Shown one piece after another: positions 1 through 9,321 of a stretch of 39,564 bases of DNA. Made by a program: the position numbers and the translations under genes. Source of the DNA: a virus (lineage: Duplodnaviria; Caudoviricetes). Below the pieces are notes generated by a model. It was not told the DNA's origin. It made no database searches and worked only from the letters and a program-made list of their open reading frames with translations. Position 1 is the stretch's first letter. Each line of letters opens with the position of its first letter. Where the stretch lies: the IMG/VR virus record IMGVR_UViG_3300017700_000830, positions 1-39,564 of that record; one strand, given 5' to 3'.

Positions 1-299
1 AGTTCATCGAGACGATTCCCGATCTCAAGGTCACGGTTCGGATTCGTCAGGCCCAGCAGTGTCGCAGCCTGAGCTCTGGCTGGGTCAATCCCGTCGCTGT
101 ATTTCGCGAGGGCTTCCTTCCAGAGCATCGAACTGAGGACGTAGGTAGGGTAACGAACCTTCCCTGTGGTACAGGCCAGCTTGGCAGCGCTGGGCGAGCT
201 GTAAACCGTAGAGTGCTTGACGTTCTCCACGATCGTGTTTCGGCGTTTGAATCCGATGAGCTTGTTTCCATCATGGATTAGTACACAGTGAAAGCTCAT
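1..299 (-). CDS. Hypothetical protein, truncated at window edge (MSFHCVLIHDGNKLIGFKRR...)
   Basis: Read manually: ATG at 299 overlaps the stop of the upstream gene (ATGA); frame stays open to base 1. Not in ORF track. Confidence 0.7.
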   Translation of the reverse strand, partial: MSFHCVLIHDGNKLIGFKRRNTIVENVKHSTVYSSPSAAKLACTTGKVRYPTYVLSSMLWKEALAKYSDGIDPARAQAATLLGLTNPNRDLEIGNRLDE

Positions 300-568
300 G
301 ACGACACCTGGACACACTTAATAAAAGGCTCCTGACTCTTACACAGAGTTCGCGGTTTGCCTGCTGTGTCGACTACATAGAAACAGGAGTCAGCACCACC
401 GACCCCGATACGGGCGTTCCTGATGTCTTTACCCCGGAAGGTGAAAGTTTCCCCATCTCGTGTGTCAACGCACATCATCACTTTTCCTCGAGACTCCCTG
501 TTAGGTACTGCTTCGCCAGTGCAACCCTGAAGTAACACTAGAACTAATATGATTCTCATGTAAAACAT
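296..568 (-). CDS. Small putative lipoprotein
   Basis: MRIILVLVLLQGC signal peptide with lipobox-like Cys; GGAGG RBS upstream. Confidence 0.65.
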   Translation of the reverse strand: MFYMRIILVLVLLQGCTGEAVPNRESRGKVMMCVDTRDGETFTFRGKDIRNARIGVGGADSCFYVVDTAGKPRTLCKSQEPFIKCVQVSS

Positions 569-577
569 TTGACCTCC

Positions 578-1057
578 TTAACGGTTGTTTTCACCAGGCA
601 GTTCGGCCGTTCCTGGTCGCATACCGGTGTTCTGGCCTGTCACGTTCCGGTGCCAGTTCAGCATCGCAGCCGATGAGCTGATGATGTGATGCAAACCTTT
701 TTTGGTATCACCAAGAGTGAAAGCCTGTACAGCCTTGCCCGCCAGTCGTCCCAGCAGCCAGAACCAGTCTTCAGGATTCTTGCCCTCGTCGTGTTCAGCG
801 CCCCAACGTTCTTGCTGATGGGCTGCTTCGTAGTTCACCGCGGTCATCCAGTCATCGGTGAGTGGAGAATTGATCAAAGCTCTCAGCCTGTTCAACTCGT
901 CCCGCTCGTCCTGATCCAGTTGACCGAGTTTGTCATTACCCACCAGAATTGTTTGAACCCTGGTGAGCTGATCCTGGGTGATGGCCATTTCACCGCCGCC
1001 GCTGGATTCTTTACCAGGCAACGAAACCCAGCTCCAGACGATGCCGATGTTCTTCAT
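578..1057 (-). CDS. Hypothetical protein, possibly all-alpha NTP-pyrophosphatase (MazG-like) fold
   Basis: EAAHQQERWG..HD..K.PEDWFWLL followed by helical segment; ATGA coupling to upstream gene. Fold call is tentative. Confidence 0.5.
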   Translation of the reverse strand: MKNIGIVWSWVSLPGKESSGGGEMAITQDQLTRVQTILVGNDKLGQLDQDERDELNRLRALINSPLTDDWMTAVNYEAAHQQERWGAEHDEGKNPEDWFWLLGRLAGKAVQAFTLGDTKKGLHHIISSSAAMLNWHRNVTGQNTGMRPGTAELPGENNR

Positions 1058-1551
1058 GATCCGTCGTGCGCGTTCATCAAGGTTTCGACAGGCTCGAACT
1101 TGATGAAGCTGATCACGTCGTAGTGCTTGGCCCAGTGCTCATAGCCGTGCGGCCGGATCTGGTGATATTGACCAGTAGCAGCGTCCCGCATGATGTACAT
1201 GGTTTCGCCCCGGCGTTTGATTTCAGCCAGTGTTGCACTGTAGCTGGCACAGCCACCGGCGGTGATCAAATCCTTGGTGCCCATGATCCCCTTGGGTTTG
1301 TCATAGTGGGCATCCAGCATCTGTTGCGCCTGCTTCAGGACTTCCCTCAGGTCAGACTTGCCCCAGAAGGTAACGGCCGAGGAATCGTCGTCGCCAGGCC
1401 GGTGCATGAACGGGGCCTGATGCTGAACCCCGTTGATTGTTGCCGGCAATTCCAGGAAGAACCGGAGACCGGTGAACTGGTGGCCATCGATTTGTTTGCT
1501 GATGATTTCGATGCGGTTGGTCATCTCTTCCGCATAAACATTGACTCGCAT
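1054..1551 (-). CDS. Hypothetical phage protein
   Basis: 165-aa ORF with AAGGAG RBS, translationally coupled on both sides. Confidence 0.75.
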   Translation of the reverse strand: MRVNVYAEEMTNRIEIISKQIDGHQFTGLRFFLELPATINGVQHQAPFMHRPGDDDSSAVTFWGKSDLREVLKQAQQMLDAHYDKPKGIMGTKDLITAGGCASYSATLAEIKRRGETMYIMRDAATGQYHQIRPHGYEHWAKHYDVISFIKFEPVETLMNAHDGS

Positions 1552-1709
1552 TACGCACTCCTTAAGTTAATGATTGAATCTTTCTTGACACAGGTGTTTT
1601 CACGTTCCAGGTATTGACCTCCTTTCTCGTCACATTTTTTTCGATTATCTACGCTGATACAGAAGGACAGAATCAGCATGACTACCACGATTGCGATTCC
1701 CAGCTTCAT
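1551..1709 (-). CDS. Small single-pass membrane protein (52 aa, MKLGIAIVVVMLILSFCISVDNRKKC...)
   Basis: Read manually; fills the gap exactly with ATGA and TAATG overlaps; hydrophobic N-terminus. Not in ORF track. Confidence 0.7.
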   Translation of the reverse strand: MKLGIAIVVVMLILSFCISVDNRKKCDEKGGQYLERENTCVKKDSIINLRSA

Positions 1710-2110
1710 ATGAATTCCTTTCGTTTGCACTTACCCGGTGCACATTGCTTACCATTGAATGCTGACTGAACGCACAGGCCATTGCACTCAGTCTTTTTCG
1801 CCCAAGCTTTTAGCGCGAGGTTCGCCCTGACCACAGACTTCCGTTTGGTGCGTTTATTCGACAGCCTCAACAGTACGTCTGCATGGCACGCTGCGGGCCA
1901 ACAGAAGCAAACCAAATCTTTCCCCCTGAGTTCTTTTTTCGCGGCATCCAAGAGGGCTGGATTCGCTTTTAAATAGGCTTCGAATTTCTCAATGGTCTGC
2001 TCCCGGGTTCCGTGCCGACCGAGAATGAAAGGGTTACCCCATTTGCTGGGCCTCCCGACGAACACGGCACCTGCCGGGGCGTCTCTGTGATATTTGTTAT
2101 AGACCCTCAT
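1706..2110 (-). CDS. DUF4326 family protein
   Basis: VFVGRPSKWGNPF and LRGKDLVCFC.P..CHADVL motifs. Confidence 0.85.
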   Translation of the reverse strand: MRVYNKYHRDAPAGAVFVGRPSKWGNPFILGRHGTREQTIEKFEAYLKANPALLDAAKKELRGKDLVCFCWPAACHADVLLRLSNKRTKRKSVVRANLALKAWAKKTECNGLCVQSAFNGKQCAPGKCKRKEFI

Positions 2111-2370
2111 AACCCTGCGATTTCCTTCAGTTCCTGTATCAATGCCAGGTATTCACTGGCCTTCAGTCCCACATGGTTGGTCAGGCACTTGACCACTTTC
2201 TTGAGTCGACGATCCTGAGACCTCCGACCCCTGAGCCAGACCTGATAAGTTCGCTCAGACGCGGGCGATATGAACACGCTGTCCGGATCATTCTCGTCTT
2301 TCTGCTTCAGGTGATTGATGCCAGGCATCCCGAAGCAGCAGTCCAGTTGAAAGTCTTTCCTCAGGCTCAT
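2107..2370 (-). CDS. Hypothetical protein
   Basis: ATGA-coupled ORF in leftward operon. Confidence 0.65.
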   Translation of the reverse strand: MSLRKDFQLDCCFGMPGINHLKQKDENDPDSVFISPASERTYQVWLRGRRSQDRRLKKVVKCLTNHVGLKASEYLALIQELKEIAGL

Positions 2371-2672
2371 GGCCAGACCTTATCGCACTTCTCAAAGCAT
2401 CCTGTGGAGATCCTGGGGCACTCCCCACAATCCACATAGCCTTTGGTCTTGACCAATTCATTCAGGAGTTCCATCTGCTGAGGATCTCCAGCCGAGGGCG
2501 TAATCTGGGTATTGACTGAGACTGAAGGGTCCGGCAGAATGTGAGCTTCGACCTCAGCCCTCTGACGAACTCGAACTGTGGTCCACTCAGGATGCTGCAA
2601 ACGGATCCGCTGAAAAGCCGCCTCCCTGTCTTCCTCAGTGATTACCCCACATAGCTTGCTCATTTGATCCAT
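2367..2672 (-). CDS. Hypothetical protein with C-terminal Cys cluster
   Basis: Coupled ORF; CGECPRISTGCFEKC. Confidence 0.65.
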   Translation of the reverse strand: MDQMSKLCGVITEEDREAAFQRIRLQHPEWTTVRVRQRAEVEAHILPDPSVSVNTQITPSAGDPQQMELLNELVKTKGYVDCGECPRISTGCFEKCDKVWP

Positions 2673-3043
2673 CCTTCTTTAGATAGCTGATCCCTCAGCC
2701 AGTTGAAAATCCATTGGATCGAATTAGCTTCTACCTCATGTCCAGGTTTTGCTTCTTCGATATGTTCACAAATGTCTTGCCAGACATGCGTAGATTCATG
2801 AACGATAATTCCCAGTCGATCAGCCTGAGATAGTCGCAGAAAATCATCACCGAAATGTACTACGATGGAGATCCTTCCGTCGACTTGGAAAACACTGACC
2901 GACGCTATATCTTCGGGAAAAGGATCTTCATATCCAATTTTCTTGGTATAGGCATTCCAAGACTTGGCGTCCAGACAGAGACGAATGGAAACGGGAAATG
3001 GTCCCGGTGACATGATCAGCATGATGCCAACCTGAAAGACCAT
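2660..3043 (-). CDS. HExxH-motif protein (metallopeptidase-like)
   Basis: IVHESTH with downstream E (HEVEA). Confidence 0.6.
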   Translation of the reverse strand: MVFQVGIMLIMSPGPFPVSIRLCLDAKSWNAYTKKIGYEDPFPEDIASVSVFQVDGRISIVVHFGDDFLRLSQADRLGIIVHESTHVWQDICEHIEEAKPGHEVEANSIQWIFNWLRDQLSKEGWIK

Positions 3044-3465
3044 TCACCATTGCGATACCGGTAGACATCAGGAAGGTCTGAGGTAGCAGTCCACCGAGGG
3101 GAGATAGGCATGCGCTGACAGATCCGTTGCCGGTTCAGGTTCAGGGCCGCCGAGTCGGGAACCCATTCCTTATATGCCTGTTTGGCCACCAGCGCAGACG
3201 CCATGGGAAAGATCGGGGTGATGTTGAATCCCCGGCGTCGACATTCACTGGTCAGCTGCAGGTAGCGCTGATGCAGGTAGTGACCCTTTTCAACGAAGAA
3301 CTTGACATGGCCCTTGCCCATCGTATAGAACTGGGGCTTGTCGGAATAGTCAGTCCTGAGCTTTCCGGTCAGTATCTGATTCGGCACTCGGGTGATTTCG
3401 CGGAACTCAGCCAGCAGATGCTGATCACAGAGCTCGGCCACAGGGACGCAGTTGATTCGTGTCAT
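3016..3465 (-). CDS. denV: Pyrimidine dimer DNA glycosylase / endonuclease V
   Basis: MTRIN...EL.DQHLLAE.RE..R and GKGHVKFF match T4 endonuclease V, including catalytic Thr2 and Glu23. Confidence 0.92.
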   Translation of the reverse strand: MTRINCVPVAELCDQHLLAEFREITRVPNQILTGKLRTDYSDKPQFYTMGKGHVKFFVEKGHYLHQRYLQLTSECRRRGFNITPIFPMASALVAKQAYKEWVPDSAALNLNRQRICQRMPISPRWTATSDLPDVYRYRNGEWSFRLASC

Positions 3466-3644
3466 GTTCTCATCTCCTCGGCAATCTGTTCCAACTCTAT
3501 AGCATGGTGCATGAAATTGGATTCCACGTAACAGGGGGATTCACCCCGCACCGCCCAAATGGCATTCTCCGCTTTCATGGCTTCGATTTTGGCCTGTATG
3601 GCCATGGCCCTGACAAGTAGCATGGCGTGACGGTCAGACATCAT
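3462..3644 (-). CDS. Hypothetical protein
   Basis: 60-aa coupled ORF with AGGAG RBS. Confidence 0.65.
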   Translation of the reverse strand: MMSDRHAMLLVRAMAIQAKIEAMKAENAIWAVRGESPCYVESNFMHHAIELEQIAEEMRT

Positions 3645-5473
3645 TATTGTTTCTCCTGGTGTTTGGTGATTCCATATCGTTCCCCTTTCCTGTAGAGCTG
3701 GCCGTCCTTCAGGAGGGAATCGACGACTTTTTCTACGGTATATCGAGACATCCCGGTTTTCTTGGCCAGAGCTGCCTTGGACATCATATCAGTAGATTGA
3801 GCCAGTACGTCCATGATGTCCTGTTCGCCACCCGCGTTGCTTTTCTCAGAGTCTTCTTCTTTGTGTTCGGCGACATGGGTTTCATAGTGAGGGTCGCCAG
3901 CCTCGCCCATCGTCAGGCTGATGTCTAGTTTGCTGTATAGACCTGCCCCCCGGAACTCCCTGTCGAGGGTTACGACAGCCTTGCCGTTCTCCGGATCCTG
4001 GGCCTGGATATACCAAGCCGATTCGATCCAGCCGTGAAGGGTGGTCGAGCCCAGCATTCGTTGACCCCCGCGTTTGTCTGAGTTGCCTTTAGAGTAGTGA
4101 TGGACTAGAAGGATAGCGCAGTTATATCGCTGCTTGATGTACAGGCACCACTGCAGCACTGGCCCCAGATCCTTGGCTGAATTGACATCACCCGAGAACA
4201 TCAGGTACAGAGGATCAAGTTTTATAGCTGCTGGCCTGAGTCTCTCGATCAGTTCCTCCAGTGCTTCTTTATTAGCCGCATCGTCCAGCATGAAACCCTG
4301 CTGATTAACGAAGAACATTTCCAGATTCCTTGCCCATTCAATCCTGAGCCTGGAGCCGAGTCCTGTCTTCACGTTCCCGATTTCACCCCGGCTGAATGCC
4401 AGCTTCTCCAGCCTGTCCTTCATGATCCAGTCAGCGTTCTCATTCTGGATGATCAGGACTGGACCACCGAATTCGACGGCATACTGACCGAGGAACTTGG
4501 TGTCAGAGGCCACAGAGAACAGCATGTCCATGCCCAGTGTGGATTTGAAGGACTTAGGTTCACCGGCGATAATCCCATGAGAACCTTTCATCCAGAAGTC
4601 TCGAACCATCCAGCCGGGGGTCGAAGCCTGACTGGCCATGATGGCGCCGTAATCGATGACCTTCAGGTCGAGGGATTCAATCCGGGTCTCGGCTTTCTTT
4701 TCACCTCGATCCTCCTTGATTTTATCCATCTCCACCTGGAAACGTTCATCTTCGTCAGGTCGGCCCCTGTACTTGTTCCAATCCGTATCCCTCAGGATCG
4801 CGAATGCATCCTTCAGGGGGAGACCCAGGTCGCAGAGTTCGTGCTCCAGATACCAGAGCATGTCACTGCGCTTGCCTGTCTGAGCTGGCCCCTCGATGAT
4901 CCGCATCAGCTTCCGGGGGATAGTGGCCCGCCAGCGCTCGATCGTTGACTGTGGAACTTTCTTGAGGATTTTGTTGGTGAAGTGTTTGAGAGTGACAGTG
5001 GGCTTGGAGTTGTATTTCAGGTTCGGTGTGCCCGGAATCCTGAGAACCTGGGTGAGATCCCATCCCCCCCGATCAGCGCCGAGGTAATAAGCCATCTGTC
5101 TGGAGAGCTGTGCAGCTTCTTCAGCGGGTAGGGTCTTAGGTAACTCCCAGAGACCTTGGAAACGACCCGGGGAAGATTCCCACAGGATCGACGGTTCGCA
5201 CTTCGAATAATCACCGTCGTCAATATCACTCCAGAGCAGTTTGGACCTGACAGCGAGTTTCTTGTCTCGCTTGGCCTCACTGAATGGGAGCGGGCAGAAG
5301 TAAAGGTTCTTGGTGTGGTTAGTCTCAAGCCACTGCTTTAGATTCGATCCGAGGGAATCGTCGTAAGCAAATGAATAGTCTCGCCAGGATGACCCCTTTG
5401 CCGACAGGCAAACGAAATCCCCAGGTTGACATTGCAGAGCCCACACCTTCAAAAGGAAGGCGACTGAGTCCAT
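3644..5473 (-). CDS. Primase-helicase (RepB-type primase domain plus AAA_25/RecA-like helicase)
   Basis: WSDID, WESSPGRFQ and LRIPGT.N.KY primase motifs; Walker A GEPKSFKS; LDPL Walker B; VHH; C-terminal HTH-like segment. Confidence 0.88.
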   Translation of the reverse strand: MDSVAFLLKVWALQCQPGDFVCLSAKGSSWRDYSFAYDDSLGSNLKQWLETNHTKNLYFCPLPFSEAKRDKKLAVRSKLLWSDIDDGDYSKCEPSILWESSPGRFQGLWELPKTLPAEEAAQLSRQMAYYLGADRGGWDLTQVLRIPGTPNLKYNSKPTVTLKHFTNKILKKVPQSTIERWRATIPRKLMRIIEGPAQTGKRSDMLWYLEHELCDLGLPLKDAFAILRDTDWNKYRGRPDEDERFQVEMDKIKEDRGEKKAETRIESLDLKVIDYGAIMASQASTPGWMVRDFWMKGSHGIIAGEPKSFKSTLGMDMLFSVASDTKFLGQYAVEFGGPVLIIQNENADWIMKDRLEKLAFSRGEIGNVKTGLGSRLRIEWARNLEMFFVNQQGFMLDDAANKEALEELIERLRPAAIKLDPLYLMFSGDVNSAKDLGPVLQWCLYIKQRYNCAILLVHHYSKGNSDKRGGQRMLGSTTLHGWIESAWYIQAQDPENGKAVVTLDREFRGAGLYSKLDISLTMGEAGDPHYETHVAEHKEEDSEKSNAGGEQDIMDVLAQSTDMMSKAALAKKTGMSRYTVEKVVDSLLKDGQLYRKGERYGITKHQEKQ

Positions 5474-5649
5474 TATTTTTTGGCCTGTTGGGCTTTAGCT
5501 GCTTCGACGCTGGAGCGTTTGACTAACCAAAACCAACCTTTCTTCTGGCCTTTGAGTTTCCCTCGTTTAACACGGTTCAAAACCTGTTGATGATTCATTT
5601 CTAATTCAACCGCCGCCTCAGCGACAGTCATGGTACTGGAAGATGACAC
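5473..5649 (-). CDS. Excisionase-like (HTH_17/MerR-type) DNA-binding protein, 58 aa
   Basis: Read manually: MSSSSTMTVAEAAVELEMNHQQVLNRVKRGKLKGQKKGWFWLVKRSSV...; GTG start with GGAGA RBS; TAATG coupling to primase. Not in ORF track. Confidence 0.82.
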   Translation of the reverse strand: MSSSSTMTVAEAAVELEMNHQQVLNRVKRGKLKGQKKGWFWLVKRSSVEAAKAQQAKK

Positions 5650-5659
5650 GTTTTCTCCT

Positions 5660-5760
5660 GGATGGGGGACGCCTAATTATAGTGGGACAGAAACCATTAA
5701 ATTAAATTTGTTTTTCAGAGGTTAATCCAGGGATATAATAGCCAGGCCAAACCCATTAAC
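5660..5760. promoter_or_regulatory. AT-rich divergent promoter region
   Basis: Perfect TATAAT on minus strand (5676-5681) and on plus strand (5734-5739), between the two divergent operons; -35 boxes weak. Confidence 0.7.
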
Positions 5761-5774
5761 CAAGGACGAATCCA

Positions 5775-6296
5775 ATGATAATCGTTGAAGGCTGCGATAA
5801 CGCAGGTAAAACCACCCTTGTCTCGAAACTCTCTGCCGACCACAGGCTACTCGTACTGAATAACAGGCAGCGGCCCCTGTCACTACAGGACTCAGACGAT
5901 TATCTGAAGCTGACCATTCCGCTGGCTCAGCGGTTCAAAACTATCTTCGATCGCTGGCAGCCGATCAGTGAACCCATCTACGGCCCGATCTGCCGAAACA
6001 CCTATCTCTTCGAATCTGTTGATATTGCTTTCCAGCACAAAGCTCTACTGATGGCGAAACTTCAACCGATGGTTATTTACTGCCGACCCTCCAATGAAAA
6101 GATCCTGAACTTCGGTGATCGGGAACAGATGGACGGGGTTATCCTAAACGCAACCAAAATCATCGACGGCTACGACCGCATGATGGATTGGATTGCCGGC
6201 TACTGGTTCCCTGTTGTACGTTATGACTACGAGCACGATAACTACGACAGTCTCTCCGAGAAAGTGCTCGCCTATCACCAAGGAAAAAGCAAATGA
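5775..6296 (+). CDS. Deoxynucleoside monophosphate kinase (thymidylate kinase-like)
   Basis: IIVEGCDNAGKTTL P-loop; IFDRW...SEPIY motif. Confidence 0.85.
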   Translation: MIIVEGCDNAGKTTLVSKLSADHRLLVLNNRQRPLSLQDSDDYLKLTIPLAQRFKTIFDRWQPISEPIYGPICRNTYLFESVDIAFQHKALLMAKLQPMVIYCRPSNEKILNFGDREQMDGVILNATKIIDGYDRMMDWIAGYWFPVVRYDYEHDNYDSLSEKVLAYHQGKSK

Positions 6297-6979
6297 ATCA
6301 TCACATCACCATTCAGCTTGAATTACCAGACCAACTGTCCGAAGCCAGAACCAAGCTTTACTTGGACGACATCCGACATTCGTTGGCTAACATTTTTCAA
6401 AAACGGCTAGACCTGCCGGTCGCCAAAATCCTTCCAGGTCCCTATCACGTGGAACTGGAGGACGTGCGCAACTTCCATGAGAAATTCCAGGTTCCCATGT
6501 CCGATCAGCCGGCCCTCCTGGATGAAGCTGCTCATAACTTTCGTCGAAACTTTTTACGAGAAGAACTGAGGGAACTCGATCAGGCTTATGCCACCAAGAA
6601 CATCCATGAAGCCGGCGATGCACTGGTCGACCTGGTTTACGTCGCCATCGGTACAGCTCTGATGATGGGTCTGCCATGGCCTGAGATGTGGGCTACAGTC
6701 CAACGGGTCAACATGACCAAACGCCTGGCCAAACCAGACGGCTCGGACTCCAAGCGCAATAACCCACTGGATGTCATCAAGCCCGAAGGCTTCAAAGCAG
6801 CTGACCACTGGGAAGCACTGGGCGAACGTGCTCGTCGATCCCCTTTCTTTGACGCCACAGCCGCAGTGCTGTCCCTGGCGGAACTCCGGAAACAGTCTGT
6901 TTCTGACGTCGGGGTAAAAACTGAACCTGAAGCCTCGAACGAGTCCGCCGGTACCCCTGCACCGAGCCCGTCGGTTTAA
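6293..6979 (+). CDS. MazG/PRA-PH-like nucleoside triphosphate pyrophosphohydrolase
   Basis: FH.KF...LREELREL...DALVDLVYV...VQRVNMTK...KPEGF. Confidence 0.85.
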   Translation: MNHHITIQLELPDQLSEARTKLYLDDIRHSLANIFQKRLDLPVAKILPGPYHVELEDVRNFHEKFQVPMSDQPALLDEAAHNFRRNFLREELRELDQAYATKNIHEAGDALVDLVYVAIGTALMMGLPWPEMWATVQRVNMTKRLAKPDGSDSKRNNPLDVIKPEGFKAADHWEALGERARRSPFFDATAAVLSLAELRKQSVSDVGVKTEPEASNESAGTPAPSPSV

Positions 6980-7034
6980 AGCAATACGCAGGGCGCATAT
7001 CACTTCAGATAGGCCCTGCACAACAGGAGCTGCA

Positions 7035-7802
7035 ATGTCTATTACCAATCCAGAATTCAAACTGCCGGTTCTCGATCACGGATTCGTCGTGCTTCGGAAC
7101 CTGGCAGGCCCCACCCGTCGGATTTATGAGGAAACAGAATCCTATAAATCCATTACCGAAAAAGATTTCGATGCTTCGGATGTTGATCCGGCGAACGCGG
7201 CCCGGATGTCCTTCGGGGCTCAGGATCGCGACCGGGACTATGAAACCGAGATGAAGCTCAACCGGTATCTGATGAAAAACCGTCACATGACGCCGTTCGA
7301 AATGATCGTCGTCTGGCTCGAGATGAAACTACCCATCTTCGTGGCCCGTCAGTTCGTCAGGCACGGCACCGCCCGCCTGAATGAAATCTCCGGTCGCTAC
7401 GTAACCTTACCGGCCGAATGGTACATCCCCGAAGTGGTGGGGGCCAAGTCCGAGGACAAGAAACAGGGTCAGACACAGAACCTGGCCCCACTGATCCAAA
7501 CGGCCTTTAAATCGGACCTGGATGAGCAGTGCACGGAAAGCTATCGACTCTATCTGTCTTACATCAAGGATGGCGTAGCTCCAGAACATGCCCGCCTGTT
7601 TCTGCATCTGAACCACTACACCCACTGGCTGTGGAAACAGGACCTCCGCAATATGTTCGGCTTCCTGCTGCTCAGGGACCATGGCCACGCACAGGTCGAA
7701 GCTCAGGCCTACGCCAAGGCTATCACTGAGCTGCTCAGCCCTCACATCCCCGGCCTGATGGAGCTTTACCGAGACATCATGCGCGGTGAGGGGCTGTCAT
7801 GA
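7035..7802 (+). CDS. thyX: Flavin-dependent thymidylate synthase
   Basis: AARMSF, HMTPFE, PIFVARQ.VRH...NEISGRY, APEHAR..L, HAQ.E motifs. Confidence 0.93.
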   Translation: MSITNPEFKLPVLDHGFVVLRNLAGPTRRIYEETESYKSITEKDFDASDVDPANAARMSFGAQDRDRDYETEMKLNRYLMKNRHMTPFEMIVVWLEMKLPIFVARQFVRHGTARLNEISGRYVTLPAEWYIPEVVGAKSEDKKQGQTQNLAPLIQTAFKSDLDEQCTESYRLYLSYIKDGVAPEHARLFLHLNHYTHWLWKQDLRNMFGFLLLRDHGHAQVEAQAYAKAITELLSPHIPGLMELYRDIMRGEGLS

Positions 7803-8494
7803 TCCCCCGGGATCGCATTGTTCAACTACTGGTAGAAACCTCCGGTTCATCCCGGGAGGAATTCGCACAGCACTTGGACAACCCTGAACACTGGGCCAAG
7901 CTGGAGAAATTCGTTGAGGCAATTCTGATCGAACCGCAGCTGGGCATCCAGCTCGGTCACGATCAATTCTCGGATAACCCCCAAGGCCCAATAGACATGG
8001 TTCTGTTCTGCCCTGAGTGCGGGGCTCAGCACATTGACAGGGCAGAATTCGAACCCACCGGCCGAACAGTGGATAACTGCACCGAAGTTCGTTACACCTG
8101 GGACAATCCACCGCACAAATCCCACCTGTGTCATAACTGCGCGAATATTTGGCGACCGGCTGATGTCTGCACTAACGGGGTCGATACCACACAGACTCGA
8201 GGCGAGAAGGATACCCATCCGTTCAAGTCCCCGTATGAACAGGGAAAACGACATGTTCACGTTCTGCCGACCAAAAACTTCAACCCCGTGTTTAAGGTCA
8301 AGTTAACTGAGCGGCTACCCAGCGATGAGTTTTTGGAAGTCACCGATGTCACTGGCAAATATATCTGCGATGTTCCTTTTTATATGGACCTCAAACCTCT
8401 GTTTGGGGACCGTCAGTCGCTGTACTTCGTAGCCAAATTTATCAACGGCTTCCTGACCCTTCAGGACAACATCTCACCATCGGACTTCAAATGA
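7799..8494 (+). CDS. Hypothetical protein with Zn-finger-like motif
   Basis: FCPECGAQHID...NPPHKSHLCHNC; ATGA-coupled within operon. Confidence 0.7.
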   Translation: MIPRDRIVQLLVETSGSSREEFAQHLDNPEHWAKLEKFVEAILIEPQLGIQLGHDQFSDNPQGPIDMVLFCPECGAQHIDRAEFEPTGRTVDNCTEVRYTWDNPPHKSHLCHNCANIWRPADVCTNGVDTTQTRGEKDTHPFKSPYEQGKRHVHVLPTKNFNPVFKVKLTERLPSDEFLEVTDVTGKYICDVPFYMDLKPLFGDRQSLYFVAKFINGFLTLQDNISPSDFK

Positions 8495-9321
8495 AAGTTA
8501 CCCCTGCAGAAAGCAAAAGGCAACTGGCACTGCTCCAGGAAAAGGAAATGGGTCTTCTTGACCACTGGCGCAAACTGATCTGGAAGGCAGCTACCAGTCC
8601 AACCTTAGCAATCTCGGGGGTTCGCAAGATTTGCTCTGACATTTCATTCGAGCTACCTTGGGAGGCACTGGTCAGGTCTGAATTGACCTATCAGGACATC
8701 TGCTATACGGCCGCCAAGGGACGCCAGCTGTCCAGGAATTATTGGGATCAGGACGAGGTTGATGCGGCGGTCACGAAGCTCCTGTCCAGGAAGGGTAAAG
8801 ACCACAGCTCGGTGTCTATTCAGATGAGAGGGCAAGTCAAAGACGCCCGCAGTCAGGGATTCTGCATGCAGAACACAGTGATTACCCTGACCCCTAACGT
8901 CTGCACCCTCGACATCTACTACAGGTCAACAGAACTGGTTCAAAAGTTTCTGGCTGACCTGATTTTCTTTGGGGACAAGTTCCCCGAGATTTTTGAGAAG
9001 CTGGGGCGAACCCCAACCGTGATCAGGTTCAAGTTTGCCAACGTCTACCTGTCAGCAGTATTCATGCCGATCTTCCTCCGGTATGAAACCGACCCGGTGG
9101 CATTCTTCGAGAAACTCAGTTTCCATGACCCAAAATTTTTCCGCACATGCGGACTTGCAACCAGGAGGTTCTTCAACGAGACACATAACTACACCTATCG
9201 AACACGGGTTAAGATGTTCGAATATTGGAAGGAACACGTAGTCCCCAACAGGAAGCTGCAAAAGATGTTGGCCGGCCTGAAGGGTGAAACGGTTATTGAC
9301 GAAGAAGGAGATGACGAATGA
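8491..9321 (+). CDS. Divergent thymidylate synthase-fold protein (paralog A)
   Basis: GFC...YYRSTELVQKFLADL parallels TS PC...RSxD...N; clear similarity to 11125-11868. Confidence 0.65.
   Translation: MKVTPAESKRQLALLQEKEMGLLDHWRKLIWKAATSPTLAISGVRKICSDISFELPWEALVRSELTYQDICYTAAKGRQLSRNYWDQDEVDAAVTKLLSRKGKDHSSVSIQMRGQVKDARSQGFCMQNTVITLTPNVCTLDIYYRSTELVQKFLADLIFFGDKFPEIFEKLGRTPTVIRFKFANVYLSAVFMPIFLRYETDPVAFFEKLSFHDPKFFRTCGLATRRFFNETHNYTYRTRVKMFEYWKEHVVPNRKLQKMLAGLKGETVIDEEGDDE

Noticed and set aside
31-38. TCACGGTT match to the promoter repeat
   Set aside because: Inside a coding region and lacks the ATCAAGATCT core and -10 hexamer.
47-274. 75-aa ORF in the track
   Set aside because: Overlaps a better ORF in another frame (ATG 299, coupled to upstream gene, open to window edge).
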